DNA of 64,000 nucleotides from the NCBI GenBank assembly GCA_051294375.1, contig JBJCIZ010000239.1, forward strand, positions 5,134,255 to 5,198,254, written 5' to 3'. A program made the position numbers and the translations under genes. Below, piece by piece: positions 1 through 10,830 of the stretch; the first letter of the stretch is position 1, and each line of letters begins with the position of its first letter. Source of the DNA: Paraspadella gotoi (Eukaryota; Animalia; Chaetognatha). Below the pieces are notes generated by a model. It made no database searches, was not told the origin of the DNA, and saw nothing but the letters and a program-made list of their open reading frames with translations.

Positions 1-434
1 ACTATTTTAACACCAATTGCTCATGAGTGGATGGGGCGATGGACCAGGAATTTTGTATGTGAGTAGGAAAGTGTGTGAAGAAGTTAGATATAAAGTTTTG
101 ACGGAATTGTGCCAGTGGAAATGAGTTTAAATGGAAAAAATATAAGTCACATTTACTTGAATCTTTATTATTTATGATTACTAATAAATGTTTTAATTAA
201 TTAATTAATTAATTAATGTGAAAAAATGATGCCATTTAAAAAAATTATGCAAGTTGAAAAAATGATGCAAGGTGAAAAAATCTTAAAAGCATAAGGATCG
301 TCGCAATTGCAAAGAGAGAGAGAGAGAGATAAAAACGAAATAAAAACATGATGTTGCGAAATGATAACATGCGCAAATGCGATGCTTAATTTTACGAGTT
401 CAATCCTAATTTAATTTTTTTTTAATAAAAACGC

Positions 435-470
<36 letters not shown>

Positions 471-843
471 CGGCAGCAGCAGAGGCAGCCAGAAAAAAAT
501 AAAGAAATCAAATGGCAGCAGTAGAAGCAGCAGGAGAAAAGAGAGGAAAAGAAAAAGCCCCTGCAGAGCCAGCTGCAGACTCGTTTTTTTCCGATGAATC
601 AGCACTAAAAATGATAAAAAAAATGATGCAAGTTGAAAAAATGATGCGAATTGTAAAAATGATGCAAATTGAAAAAATTATGCGTATTGTAAAAATGATG
701 CAAATTGAAAAAATGTTGTGAGTTGAAAAAAATTTTTAAAAAATTGTAATTTATCATCTGATTAGCTGATTACTTACTATTTTCGTCTTCTACAACCGCT
801 TAATTATTGTAGGCAGATCCGACATTGTTTGCTCAGACTTGTT
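1..843 (+). mobile_element. 3' part of a DINE-1/HINE-like non-autonomous Helentron element
   Basis: Contains the family core (ccaattgctcatgagtggatgg...gtggaaatgagtttaaatggaaaaaa), internal 18-bp repeats, and the family 3' end gtaggcagatccgacattgtttgctcagacttgtt (809-843). Confidence 0.7.
607..730 (+). repeat. 18-bp minisatellite (aaaaaatgatgcaa(g/a)ttg)n inside the HINE-like element
   Basis: Tandem units are directly visible and explain the 6-aa periodicity of ORF 512..721. More units at 220-280. Confidence 0.85.
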
Positions 844-1104
844 TATAACTTTATACATGAAACAAGTTTTGGCTTGGAATTAGAGTTAAGTTTAAGGAAG
901 AGCACACAAAGATTATGGTTTAGTGCTACATGACAGGACAAATTACCACCTGTTATTTGCTAGTTTCAGAACTTCTGACTGTAGTCCGCCACTACAGGTG
1001 GGTTAGATGTCCCGCTCACGAGCATTGATACCAATGGGGTGCGAGCCCAATAGGTAGATACCTCACCCGAGAGCTAATATCATATATATTTTTTATATAT
1101 TTTT

Positions 1105-2331
1105 ATGCCGGTCCCTGGAGGATGATATCAATATTCACTTGCAAAAAACCGTTTTTAAATTCCTACAATGATTTCTGAGATATAGTCATAAACATCAGCC
1201 TTGAACGGCAAAATTTGTCAGAATAAAATTTTCGAGTTTCTTCTTAGATTTCTGACGCGCTAGTACAAACTATTAAAAAAAAAGAGGAAACGTTTCACTG
1301 ATTTCTTCCAACATAATCCATAAATGAGTAAGACATGGGTACACCTGATAGTCATAAGTCTCTAGAGAGCAGACAATTTTTCTTTAGGTTTTATTTTGAA
1401 ATTTAGGTATTGTACCAATAGGATAAATTGAGATACTCCTGCTCTGCCGAAATTTTTATTTAACAAATATTTGTACTGCGTAGTTCAAATCTTTAGTTCT
1501 CTAACGGTAAAAAAAGTTATTTTCTTGAATAACTTTTGAAAGAAAAGAGATAGGAACGTGGGCGAGGTATTAAATTTAAGCCCTAATCATGGGACACCTT
1601 TCTAAAATAGTTTTATTAAATTTTATCCATAAATCTTTACACAGCCTTTATTTAAATCGGAGTTAAAAGTATAACAGTTTTTTGCATTAAAAATGTCATT
1701 GAAGCTATATGAAATTTGTTGTTTTTCTTTCTTAAATTGAAAAAGGAAAGACTAAATTACATTTTGATTAGCATTAAATTTTCTCTACTGCATAAAATTG
1801 CTTGCATTTTTCAGTTAAAGTAAAAAACAAGCAAAAATTTATGTAGTAGCTTGATAAAATGTTTTTTTGAATATAAAAAATGATAAATAAATAAATGTTT
1901 TCAGCTTAATATAAACAGTCTGGACGTCTACCTTCTTGTCTGTGGAGAAAAAATTGTCATTTTTCATTATCTTCAACTGCAAACAAAAAGCTTGACACAC
2001 TGCTTGTTTATCATAATAAAATTTTAAAAAATTACATAGCTGGGGACATATTTGACAAAGCAAGACATCATTGTGTTAAATTGTATTGATAATTTTTTTT
2101 TAAATAGAAAAAAAGATAATTTATTTTTAGCTTTCTTTTTATTTCTTTTTAAATAAAAATTTCAGTGAAGAAAAAAAAAATTAAAATCTACTCATCTTGA
2201 ATGTCATTGTTTACTGATTAAAAGGTAAAATTTTTTAATTCGCCCTTTTGCCCCCAAGCCCCAAGACATGGAAGTGCCCAAAACTTTTAAAAACATTTTT
2301 ACTTGATGTGCATACAAGGCGGAACCCGCAT
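1105..2331. mobile_element. Possible non-autonomous DNA transposon
   Basis: Imperfect short terminal inverted repeats atgccggtccc (1105) and ggaacccgcat (2321-2331) around an AT-rich non-coding interior. No second copy in the window. Confidence 0.3.
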
Positions 2332-2865
2332 TCTGAATTTTTGTATTTTCCCTTTCAAACATATTAAATAAAAATAATTATTTTCGAGATGTTCGACGGT
2401 GACAATGCCACTGGTAAGGCTTCGTTACCTCACTTCCCGAATGAATTTTTAAACGAGGATTTTTTTCCGTCTATTCGAGACATAACACTAACTATTGATA
2501 TTACTAGTTTTTTGATTCACACAATCTACTTCGCGTAATCAGAGAAACGTTTAGCGTGTCAAAAAAATAGGGTAAAAAATGAGTAAAACGTTCTGACAAA
2601 ATTAAAAATCGATGGAGGAATCTACAATAGGGCTTTGTTGCAAAAGAGAATATTCGCTCTTACTCCACCGGGGCTGCACTGATAAACTCAGGCGGGTGGC
2701 GATAGTTGTGTTGTGTTGTCACAATGGATTGGAATTAAAGGTTAAAGCTAAAATAAAGTTCCAAGGATTAAGAACCGAAATAGGGTGGTTTTGGAAAACA
2801 GGGCCAAAAAATTGTAATTTAAACGTTTAAAAAGAGCTCTTTAATACTTTTAAAGCGCGCCTTAC

Positions 2866-3072
2866 CATTTTGCCTGAATTTGTATCCTACGCAACATCCT
2901 TCCGAGGTTACAGGGTTTCCGTTATGCTCCTTCGCATTAATACAAAAATGGCTGCTTTTACAGTTGAAAATACTCTCTGGTTTTTCTATGCCCGGTGGGT
3001 CCGGAACACAATCCCCATTGAAATACAAACATTCAGCGCATAACGATATGCAATGGTTCTTACTTGGGTCTC
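2866..3072 (-). CDS. Exon 2 of the putative secreted cysteine-rich repeat protein
   Basis: Acceptor TTTTTATCTGTACAG| (AG at 3074-3073) and donor AATG|GTAAGG (GT at 2865-2864). 207 nt, phase 1-1, joining exon 1 in frame: (G)DPSKNHCISLCAECLYFNGDCVPDPPGIEKPESIFNCKSSHFCINAKEHNGNPVTSEGCCVGYKFRQN. It repeats exon 1's NCKS-x2-FC-x15-CC motif with identical spacing. Confidence 0.75.
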
Positions 3073-3149
3073 CTGTACAGATAAAAATAATATTTAAAAG
3101 GATAATTATTTGCTTTTTAAGAATGAAGAATGCAATTATAATATAGAAT

Positions 3150-3600
3150 TAGAGGTCCGTAGGTCCCTCCCCGAAAATATTGTCGGTAAATCACTTGGAT
3201 CATGTCAGATCATCGAATTATGCAAAAAAATTGGATGTCCCTCCGTCCGACCGTTCGTTTGTCTGTCTGGTCGTCCAACCATCCGTCTGTCTTTCCATCC
3301 CCCTTAGCTTTGAACGCCAATTACTCATGAGCGGATTGATGGATTGAGATTAAATGTTGTGAGTGGGTAGAAAAATGTGTGATTGATATGGATTTGAAGT
3401 GGATAAAAAAAAAGCTGTTTCACTATTAGAAAGCTGCAACAATTTTTGATTAATTAATTTATTAATTAAATATTTAATTAAATCATTAATTAAATAACTA
3501 ATTAAATAATTAAAAGTAATTTAATTAATTTATTAATTAAATAATTAAATAATTAATTAAATAATTAATAAGTTAATAGTTAATTAAAAAATTAAATAAT
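3150..3600 (+). mobile_element. HINE-like element fragment (5' block, GTCY microsatellite, partial core) in intron 1 of the Cys-rich gene
   Basis: aatattgtcggtaaatcacttggatcatgtcagatcatcgaattatgcaaaaaaa, then (ccgt/ctgt)n, then ccaattactcatgagcgg; matches 6220-6330 and 23690-23880. Confidence 0.7.
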
Positions 3601-3641
3601 AAGTAGATTGTTAAGTGTCATCTCATGCACCGAGTAGTTTG

Positions 3642-4168
3642 ATAAAGAAAAACATCGATTTGGGAAACAGTGCTAATTTTATTTAGACCATGCATTCAAA
3701 CCATTTAGCTGGTTCATTATTCAAGGCCAGAGAAATTGTGGTGAGGTAAAAAAAAAAATATTTACAAATAAGAGAAGGTGAGAGGAAGAGGAGGAGACTC
3801 AGAGAGAGAGAAAGAGAGAAACTTTCAACCAAAAAGGGATTAATCGTCATTTTGGCAAAGGGCTCAACGAAGACAAAGGAGCATACGTGAAAACAGATGC
3901 ATGGAAGCCAATCCTGGACCACCTACATCCCGGACGAAGAACAAGGGTGGGGGGAGGGGGATGAGGGATTAATCCCTTTTTAGTTGAAAGTTTCTCTCTC
4001 TCTCTCTTTGAGTCTCCTCCTCTTCCTCTCACCTTCTCTTATTTGTAGATATTTTTTTTTTTACCTCACCACAATTTTTCTGGCCTTTAATAATGAACCA
4101 GCTAAATGGTTTGAATGCATGGTCTAAATAAAATTAGCACTGTTTCCCAAATCGATGTTTTTCTTTAT
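3642..4168 (+). mobile_element. 5'-truncated Penelope-like retroelement fragment with inverted copy of its 3' non-coding region
   Basis: About 200-bp near-perfect inverted arms (3642-3845, 3967-4168). The spacer 3845-3964 reads RHFGKGLNEDKGAYVKTDAWKPILDHLHPGRRTRVGGGG*, resembling the LN-x-D-x-G...W-x-P-I-L C-terminus of Penelope GIY-YIG endonucleases (recalled, not searched). Confidence 0.6.
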
Positions 4169-4696
4169 AAATTGTTTGAGCTGCCTCGGTTTAATAACAT
4201 CAAAATTGTTTATTTTTTGCTGACTTTCTCGTAGATGACGACCGAGAATCCAACGATGTTTTAAAATGTTTAGTGATATTAATGCAATCGACGATATTTC
4301 AAGTTGTTTCAAAACAAACAATGATTTAAAAACGATAAAAACACTTTAAAAGCAACACCTTAAAAGCAACGTGAAAACGTTCGACGTCGATGCTTAACGA
4401 GGCAACTGCCTCTCACTTTTCCTAAATTTCAAACGTTAAAAATAAGCCAGATATTTGCTTCGTAATAATCGTCGTCGTCGCGACATTCCGTCGCGAATCG
4501 GGAAACTTGGGACTCGGATGTCGAAATCTCTGCCGTCGAACGTTGAGCCGTCCTGTCCCTACGGCGACGCCCGCGTTGCGCACCGCGAACGCCAATACAT
4601 AAATAATAACTAATTAGTTTATAGTTAATTAATTAGTTACTCGCAAGTGAGTTAAATTAAATAATTAAATAATAAGTAATTAGTTAATAATTAATT

Positions 4697-4795
4697 AATT
4701 AGTTACTCGCAAGTGAGCAACACTATAAGTCACTTTTCGGTCGGTCTGTGGGTCTGTTGGTGGGTCGGTATGTCTGTCTGCTAGTCTGTTGAACT
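4697..4795 (+). mobile_element. 5' end of a second HINE-like subfamily
   Basis: Terminal hairpin tagttactc-gcaagt-gagcaac followed by actataagtcacttttcggtcggtctgt and a GTCY microsatellite; same layout as 6150 and 23595. Confidence 0.5.
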
Positions 4796-4799
4796 TACT

Positions 4800-5668
4800 G
4801 TTTTTGGGTATAGGTATAGGTTTGTGTATAGGTATAGGTATTAAGGCGGGCCAAAATTGATCACTTTTTATAATTAAGAGTTCTGTAATATAAAATTCAT
4901 TTGTCCATCATATACTTAATCAATATTTAATATCACTATTTTAACTAGTGAAGCACAGTATAACATTAAAGCATTTAAATATTTATCAATGCATAGGCAA
5001 TAAAAAAAATGATTTCTAAAAATTTTTTTAGGAATGGATTCAGATAGCCTATAAAAAGTTGTCAGAGATATATGTTTACACCTTTTAGATAAAGTATAAT
5101 GCGTTTTTCAATATTTCGATGATAAGTGGGTCAAATAATGGAAAAACTCTTTAAAATCATCATCATCATCGTCTTGCCATAATTTTTATAGTTTTTGCTA
5201 ATTTTAAGCAATAAAACAAAAAAAATTGGAAATCTTGTAGTAATATTTTTTATTTATTTTTTTTATCTCTACCCGAATCCGTTTTTAAAAATTCTGATTT
5301 TGAAAAAAACATTTTTCATAATTTATAGTAATACGATAAACTTTAAATGCTTCTATGTTATTAACTATATATAAAATCTTAAATTTTTTTTAAATTTCGT
5401 CATCCCACAGAGATGCTCTAACGTTATTTATATTACAGAACTCTTAGTTTTTACTTTATTCCGCCCTAATAGGTATAGGTTTGGGTATAGGTTTGGGTAT
5501 AGGTTTGGGTATAGGTATAGGTTTGGGTATAGGTCAGGGTTAGTGAATAAGTTTAAGGATTGTTGTTAGAGATTGGGTTATATGTTTCGGAACAAATTTA
5601 GGTCAAATATTAAGGTTAAATTTAAATTAAAAAAACAGAAACCTGGAATTCTCGGATAAGAGAGCCAC
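4800..5668 (-). mobile_element. CCCTAA/CCTATA-rich MITE-like element interrupted by the TTAA MITE
   Basis: Degenerate hexamer array followed by aaaaaacagaaacctggaattctcggataagagagcc, the reverse complement of the family left end seen at 12937 and 9608. Confidence 0.45.
4841..5469 (+). mobile_element. TTAA-flanked MITE (Kolobok/piggyBac-like ends) inserted into a (ggtata/ggtttg)n array
   Basis: Ends ttaaggcggg...tccgccctaa. The (ggtata) array is interrupted and resumes after it. Internal blocks (gattcagatagc, gatgataagtgggtc, aaaatcatcatcatcatc) are shared with 20163-20826 and, reversed, with 35427-35980. Confidence 0.65.
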
Positions 5669-5679
5669 AAAAAAAGTAC

Positions 5680-5836
5680 CTTGTATGTTATGGCAACAAG
5701 AGCTAAAATATGAGCGCTTTCCTTCGAATTCTTTGGATTTGTAACAAAACAGGTTCGACTTGCAATTAATGACCGACTCCTCTTCGGCACATACAGTCGC
5801 CATCAGAAATAGAACCAGAAAAGGCAGGTAAAACAT
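5680..5836 (-). CDS. Exon 1 of a putative secreted cysteine-rich repeat protein (signal peptide plus first half of Cys module 1)
   Basis: ATG at 5836 gives MFYLPFLVLFLMATVCA-EEESVINCKSNLFCYKSKEFEGKRSYFSSCCHNIQ(G). It has a hydrophobic N-terminus with a V-C-A cleavage-like motif and ends at donor CAAG|GTACTT (GT at 5679-5678). Length 157 nt, phase 1. Confidence 0.75.
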
Positions 5837-6146
5837 TTCCTCTCTTTTCTCCTCTTTCACTGGTCGCAATCGTGATAAAGCTAGATTCTCCTTCCAGTTT
5901 GTGATCTACTTGTGATAAACTTGTGATAAAACCACGTCGAATCGGACTCCCGGTATCAACTTAAGTCACTTTTTAATTTCGAGAAGGAAAAAAAACTTTG
6001 AAATATAAGATCGGACTTTTTGGGTATGGAGACATTTTAAGTGGCAAAAAGTATAGACAATTTTTTTTTGTTTTGGATTCGTTCGGTTGGAATTTAAGGA
6101 GGAGGATGATAACTGTTTTCTAGCTTGATCCGCCAGTCAATTTAAA

Positions 6147-6777
6147 TTTTTAGTCGGATCTGCTTTTAGCAGATGCCGACTCTATAATTCACTTTGTTGG
6201 TAAGTCAGTGCGCCCCCTCAATCTTGTCGGGCATTCACTTATATCATGTCAGAACATTGAATTATGATAAATTATGCAAAAAACACCAATTACTCGTGAT
6301 TGGAAGGATGGATTGGAATGAAATTTTGTGTGTGGGTAGGGATGTGTGTGATTGAGCTGGATATAAAGTGTCGATGGAATCGTCCGAGTGGAAATGAGTT
6401 TAAATGGAAAAAACAAAAAAATATATTTCACTATTTGAACAACAATTACTCATGAGTGGATGGGGCGATTGTCTTGAAATTTTGTATTTGGGTAGAAAAG
6501 TGTGTGATGGAACAGGAAACCAAGTTTCTATGGAATCGTTTGAGTGGAAATGAGTTTAAATGGAAAAAAACAAAGAACCTGTTTTACTAATTGATTATGC
6601 TTCTTTTTCTTTTTATTTTAAATGTAAATACAAGATGTATTAATTAATCAAATAATTAATCAGTCAATTAATCAATCAAAACAAACATTTTGGATCAAAT
6701 TAATTAATTAATTGCCTAATTAATTAATTACCGATAATGATCGTGGGCAGATCCGATATTGATTGCTGAAACTTGTT
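6147..6777 (+). mobile_element. Complete short DINE-1/HINE-like element (about 630 bp)
   Basis: Starts in a T run. 5' hairpin agtcggatctgct-ttt-agcagatgccgact (6152-6181), two tandem ~155-bp core units, 3' subterminal inverted repeat gcagatccga (6747-6756), and end acttgtt. Confidence 0.75.
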
Positions 6778-6839
6778 GTTTCTTTATTCCAGAATTTTTA
6801 TTTTAACTTTATAATTTAGCTTAAACTTTTTCTTAAACT

Positions 6840-7157
6840 TAGAACCCTAATCCCTAACTCCCAATCCCTAACCCTTATCCCTAACCTCAATCCCAAACAC
6901 TAACATAACAATAAATCATAACTCTAAACCTTTGTCCTTAATAATTAACCCTAACCCGTAACCTTGAGCCATAGTCCCTAACCCCCAATCCCTTACCTTT
7001 ATTCCTAACCTTAATCCCAAACCATAACCTAACCTTCAACCCTAATCCCTAAACCTAATTATAAATCAGATCCCTAACCTTTATCACGAACTCAATCCCT
7101 AACCTAAACTTAACCAAAATTGAAGGGAAAAAAGGGGCGTTTTTGGAAAATAAGGCC
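6840..7157 (+). mobile_element. Degenerate (CCCTAA)n-containing MITE-like element (partial)
   Basis: Degenerate ccctaa/cctaac array ending in ggggcgtttttggaaaataaggcc; similar ends at 9835 and 63003 (reverse). Confidence 0.55.
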
Positions 7158-8502
7158 TACCTGATCATCCCCTGAAGCGTTTCTTCCTCTTTTATCTTTC
7201 GTTTTGGCGAATCGAGTTGACGACTGGACAGTGACGAGAAATTAATGGGGTTCGAGTCCGCCGTTTTTCTTAATTTAAGCTTTAATCGATTTTTTATACA
7301 TCAAATTGTAATCTGGGCGAATTTTTTTTTAAATTTATTTCAAAATTTCCATACAAAATACGTAAATTGTAATCTAACGAATCAAAATTTGAAACAATTT
7401 ATCATAATTATTATATAAAAACGAATTGAGAGCAAGAAATAGTTGTAATTTCGGTAAATATCATCCGAGCGATTTGTTAATTTCCAATTTTATACGCAAC
7501 TTTGAAAATGTAGTTATTTAATATACCGTGGCTTAGCAACAACAACAACAATTACAACCCCGCCTCGATAATTATGGGGATCAGCGAAGCGATTAACGGG
7601 AACAACAACAACAACAACTCGATTTCGTGCAAATTAAATGCCTTTCGATAAAATTAATTAATTTTTTTTTTTATCTTTTATGTTTTATGTTTTTCGTTTC
7701 TTCGATGGGAAATAAAAACTTTCATGAGATCGAATAATCGTCGTCGTCGTCGTCGTCGTCGTCGTTAACTTCTCGCCCCATTATTTCCCATTTGTACATT
7801 CGTAAATTTAAATCAAGAAAAAAAAGTCATAATACCAAAATTACAATCAATAAAGTAATTTATCAATATATTCCTTTCTAGAATTCTTACTATTAACAAA
7901 TATGAGTTTTTTAATCATTATCTAAAATATATTAATTACATAGTAGAGTGAATTAAAGTTCTCTGTGAAAGTCTTGGTTGAAAGCTTGCAAGGTAGCTAA
8001 TTTATTGCAGATAAAGGATAAGTTTAATAACGATTGAACCATTTACAAAACAGCTCCTCTTATTTAGATAGTACTAGTGCGGAGTACAATAGTTTTTCTC
8101 GATCTCATACATTTATAAATTAATATAGTCAATAAAAAAAAGGATAGCGAAGCCAGGTACCCTGGACCAGGGCCGGATAGTTTATAAACTTGATCGTTAG
8201 AGAGTCATGAATGAAAGCAATATTATGAGTTGTATATCATATATACGAACGTACTAATCCACTTTTTTTCTCCTCTTTTATTCCATTTTCCCTTTTGTTT
8301 CCGAAAATCTCACCAACCGACTCGAAATTCAGGTAAGTGTTGTTGTTGTTCTTGTTGCTGTAGTTGTTGTTGTTGTTCTATTAAATTTTACGTTTGAAAA
8401 AATAAATGAACGAAATAAAAATAGCGCCTTTGTGAAATCTCTGTATAAATTGAATAGTACCTATTAAGTTTGAAGAATGAAAAAAAAAATTGAGAACCAT
8501 AA

Positions 8503-8526
8503 TGACGACGACGGCGACGACGACGA

Positions 8527-8581
<55 letters not shown>
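8503..8581 (+). repeat. (GAC)n microsatellite
   Basis: Directly visible; explains the poly-T/poly-R ORFs. Confidence 0.95.
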
Positions 8582-8969
8582 ATACTTCCGGGTGTTTTTT
8601 CAACAAATAGGCGCCTTTGAAGATGAGAACCGAAAATTAAAACGAATTTCCGAAACTTTTAACTTTTTGGGTTTTTTTTTCTAAATCGGTTTTTAAAAGC
8701 TTTTCACGATTTCAAAGCCAAAATGGTGGTTGTATTTTATCTCTTTCAATGGGATTATTTTAAAAAAAAGGATAAACGGCATAATACATTTGGTAAATAA
8801 CTTACAATTACACTATTGAGCCGACATATTCATTCTCGCCGCTTGTGTTTCAACGTGATTAGAAGAAATAAATGTAAAAATATGTTAATAAATGAAAAAA
8901 ACAATAATTATTGATCAAAAAATAAAAGATAATAGGTTTTAGATGAAAATTAGACAAAGAATTAAACAT

Positions 8970-9017
<48 letters not shown>

Positions 9018-9607
9018 ATCAGAATTTCTCCCGGGTCTCATCTGGACCTCATTAAAAAACCAGAAAAAAATCTTTGCTGAGGTGTTGCAGGGTCTGGGGT
9101 TCGATTTGGGGAAATTGCTGGTGAAGATGTATATGATCTTACGTGAGATTGAATCTTTCAATCTCATTTACATATTGTAGTTTTAAACCTAAATGAGTTT
9201 ATTTTTATCTTTTATTTCAACCTCAGTTCTGTTTTTTTTTTCGGTTTTTTATGAGTCAATTATAGTCTTTAGCAATGAATTAATCAATCCATGATTCTCA
9301 CAAGTAAGATTGAAGTACAATTGAAGTACAATTGAAATGTTCATTTTATAATTAAGCTGTATCTTTTGAACCTCTTGGTACTTGGCGTATTTGCCATCGT
9401 ATAAAATGGCATAGAGATTTGAAGAAAAAAAAAGATTTTGCTGCTGAAAGTTGTTGATGTAGCTGTAGACGAAAATCTCTCGGTGAGTGTTACACGTGCT
9501 GGAGCTGAAGGTGAGTCAGTCTTTTGTTCGAATGAGTCGGCGGGGGGAGGAGGTGGAGGGGAGGAGGAAGAGGAGGAGGAAAGAAGATGTAAAGTGAAGG
9601 AAAAAAA

Positions 9608-9835
9608 TGGGATCTCTTTTCCAAATGTGGCCCATTTCTGTTCGTTTTCCCCGGTTGATCCTTAATTTTAACCCTAATCCTAAACGCAAGTCCCTATCCT
9701 AAATCCCTAGCCTTAATCACTTTCCTAATCCGTAACCTAATCCCCATCCTTAACCTCTAATCAAATCTTCAACTAAAAAAAATTAATCAAAATTTAAATT
9801 TAAGTGAAAATGGGTCGTTCTGGGAATATAAGGCC
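9608..9835 (+). mobile_element. CCCTAA-rich MITE-like element (repeated in the duplicated blocks at about 16418 and 28302)
   Basis: Imperfect inverted ends ggatctcttttccaaatgtggcccattt ... aaatgggtcgttctgggaatataaggcc around a degenerate ccctaa array. Confidence 0.55.
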
Positions 9836-10159
9836 GAAAAAAGATTATGGGGTGAGAAAACAAGGTTGGAGTTGAGTTTGAGTTGAGTAAAAAAAAATGA
9901 AAAAAATAAATAGTTTTAGAGGAAAAAGAGGTAAAAATTGATCGACAGATTGACAGACGGATGGACGGACAAATGTTTGGATGAAATGGGATTGTACTAA
10001 AACCATAGTAGTGGTTTTATTTTAGTGAAGAAAAGGTAAAGTGTGACGTCGTCGTCGTCGTCGTCTTTCTTAAAACAAATGACCAAAGAAAGGGGAAGAG
10101 AGAGAGAGAGAGTAAAGAGAGAGAGAGAGATAGAGAGAGAGAGAGAAGAGAGAGAGAGA

Positions 10160-10206
<47 letters not shown>

Positions 10207-10774
10207 GAGAGTTGTCAACAACAAATCGACCGTGAGTTCCAAAGTTGATTTAAGCGTGAAACTGGTTTTTAACTTTTTGACTTTCGCATCATTACGATCG
10301 TCGTCGTTGTCGTTGTCGTTGTNNNNNNNNNNNNNNNNNNNNNNNNNAAAGAGAGAGATTAATTTTTATGCTTTATTTCAAACCATCAGTTCTGTTTTTT
10401 TTTTTTTTCGGTTTTTTATGAGGTCAAATGTATACGTCTTTAGCATGAATTAATCAAGCCATGAATTCTCACAAGTAAGATTGAAGTAACATTGAAGTAC
10501 AATTGAAATGTTCATTTTATAATTAAGCTGTATTCTATTGAACCTCTGGTAACTTGGCGTAATTTGCCATCTTATAAAATGCATAGAGATTGAAGAAAAA
10601 AAAAATGATTTTGCTGCTGAAAGTTGTTGATGTAGCTGTAGACGAAATCTTCGGTGAGTGTTACGTCGTCGTCGTCGTCGTCTTTCTAAAACAATGACCC
10701 AAAAGAAAGGGAGAAGAGAGAGAGAGAGTAGTAGAGAGAGAGAGTAAGAGAGAGAGAGAGAGAGGAGAGAAGAG

Positions 10775-10830
<56 letters not shown>

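Noticed and set aside
512-721. ORF with KMMQIE periodicity
   Set aside because: Product of the 18-bp minisatellite inside a HINE-like element.
1839-2063. Cys-containing minus-strand ORF as exon 3 of the Cys-rich gene
   Set aside because: No suitable AG acceptor ahead of the first cysteines, the spacing does not match the module, and it lies in a probable transposon interior.
2688-2690. In-frame TGA as selenocysteine
   Set aside because: The exon itself is unsupported and I see no SECIS-like element.
6840-7120. Telomere (also 63060-63210)
   Set aside because: Short, degenerate, internal, in both orientations and bounded by shared element ends.
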